From Meiothermus sp. (GTDB lineage Bacteria; Deinococcota; Deinococci; Deinococcales; Thermaceae), in the NCBI GenBank assembly GCA_033762915.1, contig JANRLD010000042.1, forward strand, positions 203,184 to 267,183: 64,000 bases of DNA, written 5' to 3'. Below the pieces are notes generated by a model. That model was not told the DNA's origin, did no database searches, and worked only from the letters and a program-made list of their open reading frames with translations. Numbering within the stretch: the first letter of the stretch is position 1; every line of letters begins with the position of its first letter. Both the position numbers and the translations under genes were made by a program. This document shows, piece after piece, positions 19,541-30,344 of the stretch.

Positions 19541-20798
19541 GAAAGAAAGCAAACGGGCAGGTAACGGATTGGGTACAGTCCGACAGCGCAAAGATGGGCT
19601 ATGGGAGTGCCGATTCAGCATCAAAGAAGAGGACGGCACCTCGAGCCAAAAATCGGTGTATGGCGCTACCCAGAAAGAGGCGATAGATAAGCGGAAAAAG
19701 CTCGAGGAGGCGTACCGTAAAGGGCTGGTAGCCAAAAAAGACGGGCGTACCTTCGGGGATTTTGCCGATGAATGGTTAAAGCGCAAAGAACGCAGCGGCA
19801 AAGCCCAAAGCACGATCAAGTCTTACCGTTTTGAGTTGGATTTGATACCCGAAAGTTTCAGGGATATGCGCCTACAAGCAATCAAGGCCAGCCATATTCA
19901 CAAGATGATTGACGGTCTGGCTACCACCGCCCGACCCGCCCGTAAAGGCTCTACAAAGCCCCCAGCAGTAGGGGTAAGCCCCCGGACCCAGCGGCAGGTC
20001 TTGCAGACGGTCAGGGCAGTATTCAAAGAGGCCATGAAGCAAGAACTGATTTACAAGAACTCGGCTGAGTTTGTGGATGTGGCCGCACCCCCTTCCGAAC
20101 CCAAAGGGCAGGTTTTGGAACCTTTCGAGGTGGATTTGTTTCTCGAGGCTTGTGAGGGGCATACGATGGGGCTGTTCTTCCGCCTTCTGCTGGGCTGTGG
20201 GCTGCGAAAAGGGGAAGCCCTGGCCTTGCAATGGAAAGACGTGAACCTCGAGCGTGGCGAGATCAGCATTAGCAAGGCGTGGACAGGTTCGGGCAAGGGC
20301 TATATGACTACCCCCAAGACCCGCAACTCTAAGCGTGTTGTACCCATCCCCCCTGGCATCCGAGCAAGACTCATAGAGCGACATAAGAAGCTCTTGGAAA
20401 AGGACTGGACTGCTGCCGAGGCCAAGGGACTGTATATCTTCGGACTAACCAAGCCGCTCGAGGTCAACTCACCCAACCATGCCCTAAACCGCATCGTGGA
20501 TAAGTTCAATGCCGAGCAAACCAAAAAAGAGAAGGACTCCAAGGGGCTGATACCTGAAGGTTCCTTAACCCGACTGCCCAAAATACGGGTTCACGATCTG
20601 CGCCATTCCTTCGGCTCTTTGGCACTGGCAAAAGGTATGCCGCTCGAGCTTGTATCCGAGTGGATGGGCCATGCAAACCCCACCATCACCCTAAACGTTT
20701 ATCGCCACGTTATGGAGTACGAGCGCAAAGGCTTTGTTTTCGACCTCGAGGAAATGATTCCCAAGACCCTACCAAATACCCAGCGGGCGCAAGCCTAA
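19533..20798 (+). CDS. int: Tyrosine integrase with N-terminal arm-binding domain
   Basis: GLRKGE, PKT, HDLRH, MGH and VY catalytic motifs; adjacent to the tRNA att site. Confidence 0.96.
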   Translation: MPKKESKRAGNGLGTVRQRKDGLWECRFSIKEEDGTSSQKSVYGATQKEAIDKRKKLEEAYRKGLVAKKDGRTFGDFADEWLKRKERSGKAQSTIKSYRFELDLIPESFRDMRLQAIKASHIHKMIDGLATTARPARKGSTKPPAVGVSPRTQRQVLQTVRAVFKEAMKQELIYKNSAEFVDVAAPPSEPKGQVLEPFEVDLFLEACEGHTMGLFFRLLLGCGLRKGEALALQWKDVNLERGEISISKAWTGSGKGYMTTPKTRNSKRVVPIPPGIRARLIERHKKLLEKDWTAAEAKGLYIFGLTKPLEVNSPNHALNRIVDKFNAEQTKKEKDSKGLIPEGSLTRLPKIRVHDLRHSFGSLALAKGMPLELVSEWMGHANPTITLNVYRHVMEYERKGFVFDLEEMIPKTLPNTQRAQA

Positions 20799-20895
20799 AC
20801 GCCAATTAGGGTAAAAATTAGGGTAACGTACCGTAAAGGACAAATCCCCCACTTCTAAAGGTGGGGAATTTTATTGTTCCAGACGCTATTTTTCA

Positions 20896-20970
<75 letters not shown>

Positions 20971-21393
20971 AAAACGGCAAAGCGTATTGTAGCCTCCGGG
21001 GCCGTTTTGGGCAAGACGCCATCACCAAACGCCCAGGCCAGAACCCACCGAAGACAACCGCCAACCAGTTGCCCTTTCCGCACTTCCAGACAGGAGCGGT
21101 ATGGATATCAGGCAGAGGCGCTTGGGCTTTTTGGTTTCTGTGATCACAGCCGGTCAAGGCGAGAACCCGATGGCACGGCAAGAGCAGAGGGTGGGGAGTG
21201 GATGCCCGGCAGGCTCACTCAGCGCTGTAGGGAGCGGGATCTGGACCAGGAAAGCGGCGGATATCCAGAAGCCAGGCAGAGGCCACCGTATTCAACACCG
21301 CCGCACAACCACGTTCCAAACCAAAGAGGGTTCACGGGTGCGAACCAAAAATCGTTTTGAGGTCGGCGCTGATCGCCGGTTATACTCGCGGTT

Positions 21394-22563
21394 GTGTCGT
21401 CTTTGCTCCAGTCCCGTGTCGCTATTACCAGTTTTTTCCTGTTGCACGGGGTCGTGGCTGGGAGCTTCGTCTCGAGAATCCCCGCCATCTCCGAGGGGCT
21501 GCGGCTCGAGCCCTCCGCCCTGGGCTGGGCCCTGGTGGGTAACATGCTGGGCGCGCTGCTGTCGGCGCTGACGGCGGGGTTCGTGGTGGACCGCTTCGGC
21601 AGCCGCCGGGTGACCCGCCTGATGGGGCTGGCTCTGGTTTGCTTCCTGCCGGCGGTGGCGCTGATGCCCGGCGCGGCCTTTTTGTTTGCCGCCCTGGTCG
21701 TCCACGGCTTTATCGGGTCCACCCTCAACATCGCCATGAACACCCAGGCCACGGCCCTCGAGGGCCGCTACGAAAGGCCGATCCTCTCGAGCTTCCACGC
21801 CCTGTGGAGCCTGGGGGCGCTGGTTGGTGCGCTGGCAGGAGCCGGGCTGGCCGAGCTGGGCTTCCGGCCCTTCTGGCACTTCGCGGTGGTGGCGCTGGTC
21901 TGGGCTGGGCTCAATCTGGGGCTCAGCCGCTGGCTGCTGGAGTCGCCCCCGCAGCGCGGGCTCAAGCCTAAGGGCAGCTTCGTGTGGCCCAAGGGGACGC
22001 TCTTATACCTGGGGCTGCTGGGCTTCTGTGTGGCCATCTCTGACGGCTCGATCTCGAGCTGGGCGGGGGTCTACTTGCGCAGCTTGGAGGCGCCGGAGTC
22101 GGTGGCCGCGCTGGGCTTCGCGGTGCACCAGGCGATTATGCTGATCGGCCGCTCGAGCGGCGACTGGCTGGCCGGGCGCTTTGGGGCCGCCAACCTGATC
22201 CGCTTTGGCGCGGCTTTCGGGGGCGTGGGGCTCGCGGTGGGGGTCAGCAGCCACACCGTGGAGGGGGCCTTCTTCGGCATCGCCTGTATGGGGCTGGGTA
22301 TGGCCTCCACCTACCCCCTGATCTTCGCCGCCGCCGCCCGCACCCCCGGCGTCTCGCCCGCCGCCGCGATGGCTACCGCCAGCGCCTTCTCGACCACCGG
22401 CGGGCTGGTCGGCCCGATCCTGCTGGGCAACGTGGCCCAGTGGGGCGGGGTGGCCTGGAGCTTCTACGTAGCGGCGCTGCTGGCCGCTGTGGTGAGCTTC
22501 CTGGCCTTCGCGCTGGGCGGCTACAAGGTGGCGCAGGAGGGCAGGGAGACCAGGGCGGGATAG
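21394..22563 (+). CDS. MFS transporter
   Basis: About 12 hydrophobic segments; DRFGSRR motif A; SSFHALWSLG. Confidence 0.9.
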   Translation: MSSLLQSRVAITSFFLLHGVVAGSFVSRIPAISEGLRLEPSALGWALVGNMLGALLSALTAGFVVDRFGSRRVTRLMGLALVCFLPAVALMPGAAFLFAALVVHGFIGSTLNIAMNTQATALEGRYERPILSSFHALWSLGALVGALAGAGLAELGFRPFWHFAVVALVWAGLNLGLSRWLLESPPQRGLKPKGSFVWPKGTLLYLGLLGFCVAISDGSISSWAGVYLRSLEAPESVAALGFAVHQAIMLIGRSSGDWLAGRFGAANLIRFGAAFGGVGLAVGVSSHTVEGAFFGIACMGLGMASTYPLIFAAAARTPGVSPAAAMATASAFSTTGGLVGPILLGNVAQWGGVAWSFYVAALLAAVVSFLAFALGGYKVAQEGRETRAG

Positions 22564-22633
22564 CCTCGAGGGGGCCTTGAGGGTTGGAGGTCCGCCCGCC
22601 CCCAGCCCTGCCAGCCGCTATACTGACCCCCAC

Positions 22634-23863
22634 ATGCACACGCTCGAGACCCCCGGCCGCCTGTCGCGGTTTTTCCCCCTATCGGCCTACTGGTTCGGCT
22701 TCTCGTTCCACTGGTTTTTGCTGCTGCCGCTCCTGATGCCCGCCGATGTGGAGCGCTTCGTGGGGGCCGAGAGCAAGGGGGCTTACCTGGGCTGGCTGGC
22801 AGGGGTGATGGCGCTCATCCCGCTGGTGCTGCCCCCGTTCGTGGGGCAGTGGTCGGACCGGGTGGGGAAGCGGATGCCCTTTCTGGTATACGGCACGGCG
22901 GTCAACATTCTGGGCCTGCTGGTGATGCTGTTCTCGCCCAACTACTGGGTCTACGCCCTCGGGTACTTTCTGGTGCAGACCGGCAACTCGGTAGCCAGCA
23001 GCCCCTACGCGGCACTGATCCCCGACGTGGTGAAGCCCTCCGAGCGGGGGGCGGCCAGCGGGGTGATGGCCTTCTTCCAACTCACCAGCCAGATCGCCGG
23101 GGGCCTGGCGGCCTTCGCGCTCGGCGGCAGCCGCGAGGGGCAGTTCGTGGTGATCATGCTGCTGCTGACCGCCGTGACCTTCATCACCGTGCGGATGGTT
23201 CCCGAGCCCGGCGTCCGGCGCGACCGGGGCGAGCCGATAGACCTGCGGGTCTTCTTCCGGCCCATCTACTACAACTTCCGCTGGGTCTTCTTGACCCGGG
23301 CCTTCATCGAGACCGGGCGCTTCGCTGTGCAGCCCTTCCTGCTGTTCTACCTGACCGACGTGGTCCGCAACTTCCAGGTGGGTTCGGTGACGCTCCCCTC
23401 GGCCAACCTGGCCCTGACCGCCCTGCTGATGCTGCTCTCGGTGACCGCTGCCGTCACCTCGATCCTGGCCGGGCGCTGGTCGGACCGGGTCGGCAAGAAG
23501 CCGGTCATCTACTGGGCGGGCGGACTGACCGCCATCGCAGCTCTGGGCTTCGCCCTGACCCAGAACTACGCCCTGGCCCTGCTGATCGCCCTGGTGTTCG
23601 GGCTGGGCTACGGGGCCTTCATCAGCGTGGACTGGGCGCTGGCTACCTCGGTGCTGCCCGACGAGACCAAGCACGCCAGCGATATGGGCATCTGGCACAT
23701 CGCGCTGGTCTTCCCGCAGCTCTTCCAGGGGGTGTTTGGGCAGGTGCTGGACTGGGGGAACCGGGCCAGCACCAACGGCGGCTACCCGATCCTGTTCGGG
23801 CTGGCAGTGCTGTTCTTCCTGCTGGGGACGGTGTTCATCTCGAGGATTCGCGGGGTCAGGTAA
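22634..23863 (+). CDS. MFS transporter (possibly sugar)
   Basis: GQWSDRVGKR and GRWSDRVGKK motifs; multiple hydrophobic segments. Confidence 0.9.
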   Translation: MHTLETPGRLSRFFPLSAYWFGFSFHWFLLLPLLMPADVERFVGAESKGAYLGWLAGVMALIPLVLPPFVGQWSDRVGKRMPFLVYGTAVNILGLLVMLFSPNYWVYALGYFLVQTGNSVASSPYAALIPDVVKPSERGAASGVMAFFQLTSQIAGGLAAFALGGSREGQFVVIMLLLTAVTFITVRMVPEPGVRRDRGEPIDLRVFFRPIYYNFRWVFLTRAFIETGRFAVQPFLLFYLTDVVRNFQVGSVTLPSANLALTALLMLLSVTAAVTSILAGRWSDRVGKKPVIYWAGGLTAIAALGFALTQNYALALLIALVFGLGYGAFISVDWALATSVLPDETKHASDMGIWHIALVFPQLFQGVFGQVLDWGNRASTNGGYPILFGLAVLFFLLGTVFISRIRGVR

Positions 23864-24920
23864 GCTCCGCCGGTCTGCCCAGAAAAGCGCCGTACCTCTG
23901 GGCGGTAAGCGCTACGGAATCCAACTGGGTTTTGCTTAGGGAGTGAAAGGCCTCGAGTGCGACCTTCGCCGCTTTGGCCGTTAAGACTCGCCTCCAGACG
24001 CCCATTACCTGCCCGTCCACCACAGCAACCGGCCTCAAAACCCCGCCGCCGTCGTGGTAACGCCTAGAGAAGGCGGCCTCGAGCACCGCGTCGCGGTTCG
24101 CGTAGGCCACGACGAACTCGTCGAAGGCCGGGAGCAGGTGCGTATCAAACTCGGACTCAGCGGGAGTTGCAGGCTTGAAGTAGTAGGTCTGGCCGTTGAA
24201 GGCAGTTTCCTCGAGCTCGCCCCGGACGGCCTCGAGGCCCTTCCTGGCCTCTGCGAGGCCAAGCCCCGACCACCAGGCGAAGTCCTTCAGGGTGGCGGGG
24301 CCGTGGCCCACGAAATAGCGCCGGGTCAGTTCGGCCAACGCCTCCTCACGGCCGGGGATTGCGGGCCTGGGGACCCACTCCTCGAGCAGCACGAAGGTCG
24401 GCTGCTTGAGCGCATAGGGGCCAAAGCAGATCAGACCGGCGTGGGCATGGTAGCCGAGGATATGCATGCCCCGACCGTTCTTGGAGGAGATGCCGACTGC
24501 AGCCAGTTCGGCGTAGACGGCCTCTCGTCTCAGCGATCTTCCACCTTGTAAAGATTGCTCGAGTACCTTCCCGCTCTTGGCAAAAGTCTCGGCGTCTAGC
24601 TCGAGTTCGCGGTACCGCGCCGCCCGGGCGGCAATCACCCTCTGGGCGAAGTGATTGAGCATCCACCACACGTCTTCGGCGGCGACCCAGTGGATGGTTC
24701 CGCGCAAGGGCCAGGTTCGCACGATGCTGCGCTCGGCGATGGCCTGTTGAACCGTCCTTTCCATAGCGCCAGCCACCCGCAGCCCGACCGCCCACAGCGA
24801 GGCCAGGTAGTCCTGGGCCTGCACCGCACCTAGCCGACGCACTGCCTCGCCCGGCGTGTGTGCTTGTGCGGTGATGCGCTGGTTGTGCAGCCGCAGGCGG
24901 GCGAGGTCTCGAGCCGTCAC
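23856..24920 (-). CDS. AlkZ/YcaQ-family (HTH_42) winged-helix DNA glycosylase
   Basis: AVQAQD (QxQ), RTWPLRGTIH, GPATLKDFAWWSG and LLPAFDE motifs. Confidence 0.85.
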   Translation of the reverse strand: MTARDLARLRLHNQRITAQAHTPGEAVRRLGAVQAQDYLASLWAVGLRVAGAMERTVQQAIAERSIVRTWPLRGTIHWVAAEDVWWMLNHFAQRVIAARAARYRELELDAETFAKSGKVLEQSLQGGRSLRREAVYAELAAVGISSKNGRGMHILGYHAHAGLICFGPYALKQPTFVLLEEWVPRPAIPGREEALAELTRRYFVGHGPATLKDFAWWSGLGLAEARKGLEAVRGELEETAFNGQTYYFKPATPAESEFDTHLLPAFDEFVVAYANRDAVLEAAFSRRYHDGGGVLRPVAVVDGQVMGVWRRVLTAKAAKVALEAFHSLSKTQLDSVALTAQRYGAFLGRPAELT

Positions 24921-24945
24921 AGCCCTATTGTGCCTCGAGCTTCCC

Positions 24946-25075
24946 CTCGAGGTGATCCGCCAGGCCGACTGGATCATAGACCCCGGGCCGCAGGACGGCG
25001 GCGCGGGCGGGGAGATTTTGTTCGAGGGCACTCCGGCCGACCTGCTGACCTGCGAGCGGAGCCTCAGCCCACTTC
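24946..25075 (+). pseudogene. C-terminal remnant of a UvrA-family excinuclease
   Basis: LEVIRQADWIIDPGPQDGGAGGEILFEGTPADL matches the UvrA C-terminal consensus; no upstream ATPase sequence. Confidence 0.8.
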
Positions 25076-25097
25076 CTGAGCGAGATATGCTTACGCC

Positions 25098-25541
25098 GTG
25101 CGACTGCCCATCACAGCCTTGCGGCGGACACCCGAGGAAAAGCGAGACATCAACTTGAGTTGGGCACGACCTGACGTACATTTCTTCTCAGCCGGGGCCT
25201 GCCACATCCTGGCGTTCGCGTTCCTCGAGGCTTACCCTGTTGCTGGATTCCGACCTCGCTTCATCCGGCCGCAACCCGGCTTCGGCGGCAGTCACGTCTA
25301 TGTCACCGACGACCAAACCGCCTTTGACGCGCAGGGCTATATTCTCCAAGCCGAACTCCTCGAGCTGCACCGCGCCGCGATGGATGCAGCCGAGCCAGGA
25401 TGGCATGCGGACCTGCTGGATGTTGACGAGCCCTTAGCGCAGTTTTGCGCTGCGAACAACCACCGTCCGCCGTGGGATTTTCCGCTCGGTGTCTGGGAGC
25501 GGGCCAAGCGGTATCTCGAGACCTTTCCCGCCCCCAGATAG
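25098..25541 (+). CDS. Hypothetical protein (FF.AGACH.LA motif)
   Basis: TATGCT box 6 nt before the GTG start; conserved-looking Cys/His motifs. Confidence 0.65.
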   Translation: MRLPITALRRTPEEKRDINLSWARPDVHFFSAGACHILAFAFLEAYPVAGFRPRFIRPQPGFGGSHVYVTDDQTAFDAQGYILQAELLELHRAAMDAAEPGWHADLLDVDEPLAQFCAANNHRPPWDFPLGVWERAKRYLETFPAPR

Positions 25542-25653
25542 CCGCCTCGAGACGCGATGCTCGAGCATCCCACCAAACCTGCTCCAAAGCGGGTGTGCTC
25601 GAGCCCTCATAAAAGCAAACCTACTGAGCGCCGTACTTGGACGGGGTGTAGGG

Positions 25654-26034
25654 CTATTTCATCGAGTTGAGGCCGAACATATTGCCCTCGGTGTCCTGAC
25701 ACAACGTCACCCAACCGAACTCGCCGATGGAGAACTTTGGCCTGACGATTTTGCCTCCGGCGGCGGCGACCCTGGAAGCCTCCACCGCGCAGTCCTCCAC
25801 GCTGAAGTAGACCAGCGTGCCGCCCACCCCAGGGCGCGAATGCTCCGACTTCACCAAGGCCCCCGCCGCCCCGTAGGCAGTCATGTTTCCGGGGAAGCTC
25901 ATCATCTGGGTTTCGCCGGTGGGGTCGCCCATATGCGCCAGCTTCTGCCCCAGGACACCCTCGTAAAACCTGACCGCCCGTTCCATGTCGCTCACGTAGA
26001 TGTCAAACCACCCAATCGCATTGGTCGGTGCCAT
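25654..26034 (-). CDS. VOC/glyoxalase family protein
   Basis: WFDIYVSDMERA..FY...DTEGN.FGL pattern; GAGGA RBS. Confidence 0.9.
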   Translation of the reverse strand: MAPTNAIGWFDIYVSDMERAVRFYEGVLGQKLAHMGDPTGETQMMSFPGNMTAYGAAGALVKSEHSRPGVGGTLVYFSVEDCAVEASRVAAAGGKIVRPKFSIGEFGWVTLCQDTEGNMFGLNSMK

Positions 26035-26211
26035 GTGTTGTTCCTCCTCTTGCTTCTCCGAGAACGAAAAATTTCGCCACACGGCGACCCGCCAAACCCA
26101 CAGCGCCAGGCGTGGCGTCCCAGGGGCCAGCGGACTTTGTGCGGTGAGTGTCGCCGTTTTCGGCAAGCTAGGCGGAGTTTAGCCCGTCAGATGTCCGGCG
26201 TATTGTATAAA

Positions 26212-26952
26212 TCAGACACCGAACTTCTCGGCAAAGGCCTTGGGGGTGTAGCCGGTGGCCTTGCGGAAGGAGTGGATGAAGTGCGACTGGTCGGCATACG
26301 ACGCCAGGTAGTGCTGCTTGAAGGATTGCTGGAGGCGCAACACCTTGAGCAGGTCGTGCGGAGAAAACCCGGTCGTTCGCTTGAGCGTGCGCTGCAGTTG
26401 GCGGGGCGAGACGCCCGTGGCGGCGGCCATGTCGGCCACGGTGCGGATGTTGTCGAGGTTGTTAAGGATTTTCTTGGTCACGGGGTTGGCTACCACGATC
26501 CCCTCGCTGATAAGCCGCCGCACCAGCCCCGACATGAGCGGCTGTTTGGCGGTGAAGTCCAGCTCGGCCATTCGGTTGCTGGTCTCGAGCAGCGGCAAGC
26601 TGCCGCTATAGGGCGTGCCCACATAGCGGTCGAAAATCTCCTCCGGGTTGCCCTGCCACACGCCGGGGAAGAGCTGGATGCCGACGTAGTGAAATGTCCT
26701 CCCGAGGTTGAGTACCTCGTAGGTGGTACGCAAGGCCGTGACTCCCGCTATCTCCGGGTCGGTCTGGTTGAACAGAAGGTTCACGCAGGCGTCGGGCAAG
26801 GCATGAAGATAAAAATCTTCCGGCAGTTCGCCCTGTGTTTTGAGTTCCCAGAAGCAGTGCACAAACTCGGCGAGATCGGTGGGTGGCTGTGCCTCCACGT
26901 ACCGCACCGATTGCACCGTTTTTTCCACGCCGTCTTTGACCGGGCTGTACAT
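26212..26952 (-). CDS. AraC-family regulator (DUF6597-like N-terminus)
   Basis: LPDAC..L motif; SPRQLQR and YADQSHF...F...TG.TP AraC HTH. Confidence 0.88.
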   Translation of the reverse strand: MYSPVKDGVEKTVQSVRYVEAQPPTDLAEFVHCFWELKTQGELPEDFYLHALPDACVNLLFNQTDPEIAGVTALRTTYEVLNLGRTFHYVGIQLFPGVWQGNPEEIFDRYVGTPYSGSLPLLETSNRMAELDFTAKQPLMSGLVRRLISEGIVVANPVTKKILNNLDNIRTVADMAAATGVSPRQLQRTLKRTTGFSPHDLLKVLRLQQSFKQHYLASYADQSHFIHSFRKATGYTPKAFAEKFGV

Positions 26953-27038
26953 ACGCTACGTTAATCTATAACGCTTTTCGTCGTGCTTTTTCCAGAGCGG
27001 TATTGCAGACCGTTTGATTGCCTCGAGGCGCCAGATAA

Positions 27039-27070
27039 AAACGCCGAACCTAAACCAGCGTTCGGCGTTT
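27039..27070 (-). terminator. Intrinsic terminator of mdh
   Basis: AAACGCCGAAC/GTTCGGCGTTT stem just after the stop codon. Confidence 0.6.
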
Positions 27071-27083
27071 GGTTTTCGGCCTA

Positions 27084-28070
27084 CTAAATCAGTCCGAGCC
27101 CCATCACCGCGTCGCGCTCCTCAGCCAGCTCTTTGGCGGTGGCGTCCATCTTGCCCCGGCTGAACTCGTTGATCTCGAGGCCCTGCACAATTTCAAAGTC
27201 GCCACCCTTGCACACACACGGGTAGCTGTACACCAGCCCCTCGGGGATGCCGTAGGAGCCGTCGGAGGGGAAGGCCATGCTCACCCAGTCGCCCGCCGGG
27301 GTGCCCAGGGCCCAATCCCGCATATGATCTATGGCGGCGCTGGCGGCGCTCGCCGCCGAGGAAGCGCCACGGGCCTCGATGATCTCCGCGCCGCGCTTGG
27401 CGACCTTGGGGATGTAGCTACCCGCGTACCAGTCGTGGTCGCCCACCAGCTCATACGCACTCTTGCCCCCCACCTCGCAGTGGTAGAGGTCGGGGTACTG
27501 CGTTACCGAGTGGTTGCCCCAGATGGTCATCTTCTTGATCTCGGTGACCGGTACCTTGAGGCGGGACGCGAGCTGCGAGATGGCCCGGTTGTGGTCGAGG
27601 CGGGTCATGGCGTGGATCTGGCGGGGGGAGAGGTTGGGGGCGTTCTTGTAGGCGATGAGGGCGTTGGTGTTGGCCGGGTTGCCCACCACCAGCACCTTGA
27701 CGCCTTTTTTGGCGTTGTTGGAAAGGGCTTCGCCCTGGGGCTTGAAGATGCCCCCGTTAGCGGCCAGCAGGTCGGCCCGCTCCATGCCCTGCTTGCGCGG
27801 CATCGCGCCCACCAGGAGCGCGTACTCGGCGTCGCCAAAGGCCACGTTGGGGTCGTCGGTAGGCACCACGCCCGCCAGGGTGGGGAAGGCGCAGTCCTCG
27901 AGCTCCATGATCACCCCGTTGAGGGCCTTAAGGGCGGGGGTGATCTCCAAGAGTTGCAAGACCACCGGCTGGTCGGGGCCGAGCATCGCGCCAGAGGCGA
28001 TGCGGAACAGCAGGCTGTACCCAATCTGACCGGCAGCGCCGGTTACAGCAACGCGAACGGGGGGTTTCAT
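27084..28070 (-). CDS. mdh: Malate dehydrogenase
   Basis: [26 protein letters not shown] and WGNHS motifs. Confidence 0.97.
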   Translation of the reverse strand: MKPPVRVAVTGAAGQIGYSLLFRIASGAMLGPDQPVVLQLLEITPALKALNGVIMELEDCAFPTLAGVVPTDDPNVAFGDAEYALLVGAMPRKQGMERADLLAANGGIFKPQGEALSNNAKKGVKVLVVGNPANTNALIAYKNAPNLSPRQIHAMTRLDHNRAISQLASRLKVPVTEIKKMTIWGNHSVTQYPDLYHCEVGGKSAYELVGDHDWYAGSYIPKVAKRGAEIIEARGASSAASAASAAIDHMRDWALGTPAGDWVSMAFPSDGSYGIPEGLVYSYPCVCKGGDFEIVQGLEINEFSRGKMDATAKELAEERDAVMGLGLI

Positions 28071-28280
28071 CCTTAGAGCTCCTTTCAAGAGGCCGTGAGC
28101 CTATTTCTACCGTTCACGATGATACCGGGTTGAAGGGCGAAAGTCGAAGGACGAAGGTCAGGGGTAGATACACCGGGTTCATACCAGTCCGGCAACCCGG
28201 CGGCGGGGCGGCTACCCGGGTTGGCCGTGCAGAGCCACATCCGGCAAAGCTGCCCGGCAGACTCGGCAGGCCTATCGCCA

Positions 28281-28314
28281 AAAGGAAGGCGGCCCCGAAA
28301 GGCCGCCTTCCTTT
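28281..28314 (-). terminator. Intrinsic terminator
   Basis: AAAGGAAGGCGGCC-CCGAAA-GGCCGCCTTCCTTT. Confidence 0.75.
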
Positions 28315-28326
28315 CACCGGCTCAGC

Positions 28327-29493
28327 TTAGGGAGCAGCAGGAGCGGGGATCTTCAGGGTGGCGAACAGACGGCCAGGGTAGGAGGGAGCGGCACCGGCGA
28401 TGCCGACGCCCAGCACGTAGTAGGTGCCCACCTTGGGGTCGCCCTTGCTGTCAAACTCGATGTCGCCGGAGATGCCGCTGAGCTTCTGCTTGCGGATCTC
28501 GGCGGCCACGGCGGCGCGCTCGGGGAGCTTGCCATTGTTGGCCTTGATGGCGGCCTCGATGGCGTTCAGGATGATGTTGGCGGCGTCGAAGGAGAGTACC
28601 GCGGTGCCCTCGGAGTCCTTGCCAAACTTGGCCTTGTACTGGGCCACGAAGGCGCGGGCGCGGGGGAAGGCGCTCACGGGACCGCCCACGGCGGTGTAGT
28701 AGGTGTTGACGGCGCCGGGGCCGGCCAGGCGCACGTACTCGCCGGAGTCAAGGCCGTCGCCGCCCACGATGGGCAGGCGGATGCCCGCAGCGCGCAGCTG
28801 GCGGGCGAAGGGGCCGGCCATGTCGTAGGTCGCGCCGACGTAGACGGTGTCGGGGCGGGCCAGGCGGATCTGGTTGATGATGGCGGCGAAGTTGGCCTTC
28901 TCCTCGGTGCCCACGTCGCCCACGATCTGAGCGCCCAGTTCCTTGGCACGCTTGACGAAGAACTCGGCCAGACCCTGGCCGTAGGCGGTCTTGTCGTTGA
29001 TGACGAAGATCTTCCTGGACTTGAGGGTCTTGACGGCGAAGTCAGCGCCGGCGGGGCCTTGCACGTCGTCACGGCCGCAGACGCGGTTGGTCACGGCCAG
29101 CTTGCGGTCGGTGACCTTGGGGTTGGTGTTGGCGGGCGAGATCATCGCCACGCCCACGCGGGCGTACACCTCGGAGGAGGGGATGGCCACGCCGGAGTTG
29201 AGGTGACCCACGATGCCCAGGATGGCGGGGTCGTTGATGATGCGGTTGGCGTTGGCGACGCCGGTGTCGGGGTTGGCTTGGTCGTCGGTGGGCACCAGTT
29301 GCAGCTCGAAGCCCAGCGCCTTGAAGCGGGCCTGCGCGGCCTCAATGGCGATCTGGGTGCCGTTCTTGATCAGCTCGCCGGAGGCGGCCTGTGCACCCGA
29401 GAGGGGTGACGCGGTGGCGATCTTGATCACGTTCTGTGCGGAGGCCATACCCAATACGAGTACGCCCGCAGCAAGGATTGCTCTTTTCTTCAT
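28327..29493 (-). CDS. Branched-chain amino acid ABC transporter substrate-binding protein (LivJ/K-like)
   Basis: Signal peptide; GHLNSG, RVCGRDD.QG and DKTAYGQG motifs. Confidence 0.92.
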   Translation of the reverse strand: MKKRAILAAGVLVLGMASAQNVIKIATASPLSGAQAASGELIKNGTQIAIEAAQARFKALGFELQLVPTDDQANPDTGVANANRIINDPAILGIVGHLNSGVAIPSSEVYARVGVAMISPANTNPKVTDRKLAVTNRVCGRDDVQGPAGADFAVKTLKSRKIFVINDKTAYGQGLAEFFVKRAKELGAQIVGDVGTEEKANFAAIINQIRLARPDTVYVGATYDMAGPFARQLRAAGIRLPIVGGDGLDSGEYVRLAGPGAVNTYYTAVGGPVSAFPRARAFVAQYKAKFGKDSEGTAVLSFDAANIILNAIEAAIKANNGKLPERAAVAAEIRKQKLSGISGDIEFDSKGDPKVGTYYVLGVGIAGAAPSYPGRLFATLKIPAPAAP

Positions 29494-29846
29494 TAGCCTC
29501 TCCTCCTCATCAACTACTTAGCCTTTTTTGGCTGGTTTATTCTACCCGCCCCGCGCCAATTTTTGTCAACGCGAGCGCTTGGCTTTACCAGCCATCTTCA
29601 GAGTACACAAGAAAGATTAAGCCACAACCATAGCTCAAGCTAATATTTACATCCCTGAAAATGCAAACGATTGGACCGCAGCACGGATTAAAGCGGGCTT
29701 AGGGAATGGCTCCATCTAATGGGGGATGGGGGTAGGGCGAGCGGGGGAGCAGGAAAGGGGAGAGTAGGGGGTAGAGCGTATAGAGAAACGCAAAACGCCA
29801 AGGTTTTTTCTCTATGCTCCACCCATCAGGCTCTACAATGTTGGCT

Positions 29847-30344
29847 ATGTACCACCTGGCTCAGTTCAACATTGCCAAGATGAACGCGCCCCTCGAGACC
29901 GAGATCATGCGTGAGTTCCGGGAGGGCTTGGAGCCCATGAACGCACTCGCCGAGCGGTCTCCGGGCTACATCTGGCACCTGCGGGGCGAGAACGGGAGCA
30001 GCTCGAGCGACATCCGGCCCTACGGCGAGGACATCCTGATCAATCTCTCGGTTTGGGAGGGCCTCGATAGCCTCAAGGCCTACACCTACAGCGGCCCCCA
30101 CTTCGACTACCTGAAGCGCCGCAAGGAGTGGTTCGCGCACCTCAAAGAGCGCTTCTTGGTCCTGTGGTGGGTTCCGGCGGGGCACCAGCCGACCTTGGAA
30201 GAGGCCATGGGGCGGCTCGAGCACCTGCACAAACACGGGCCTACCGAGCACGCCTTCACCATAGCGAAGGTGTTTGACAGGCCCCATACCCCGACCGATG
30301 CCAAAGCCTCGACGCTCTCAGAGGAAGAGGGAGTCTTGTCTTGA
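29847..30344 (+). CDS. DUF3291-family protein
   Basis: HLAQFN...NLSVWE...RRKEWF...VLWWVPAGH.P motifs; TACAAT 7 nt before the ATG. Confidence 0.85.
   Translation: MYHLAQFNIAKMNAPLETEIMREFREGLEPMNALAERSPGYIWHLRGENGSSSSDIRPYGEDILINLSVWEGLDSLKAYTYSGPHFDYLKRRKEWFAHLKERFLVLWWVPAGHQPTLEEAMGRLEHLHKHGPTEHAFTIAKVFDRPHTPTDAKASTLSEEEGVLS

Noticed and set aside
24921..25181. 87-aa N-terminal extension of the AlkZ-like protein
   Set aside because: It is the antisense of the uvrA remnant and the next gene; family similarity starts at GTG 24920
28130..28280. Possible structured RNA or riboswitch upstream of mdh
   Set aside because: Only GC-rich hairpins and short purine-rich heptamer-like repeats; no recognisable aptamer consensus (an Infernal/Rfam scan would be needed)
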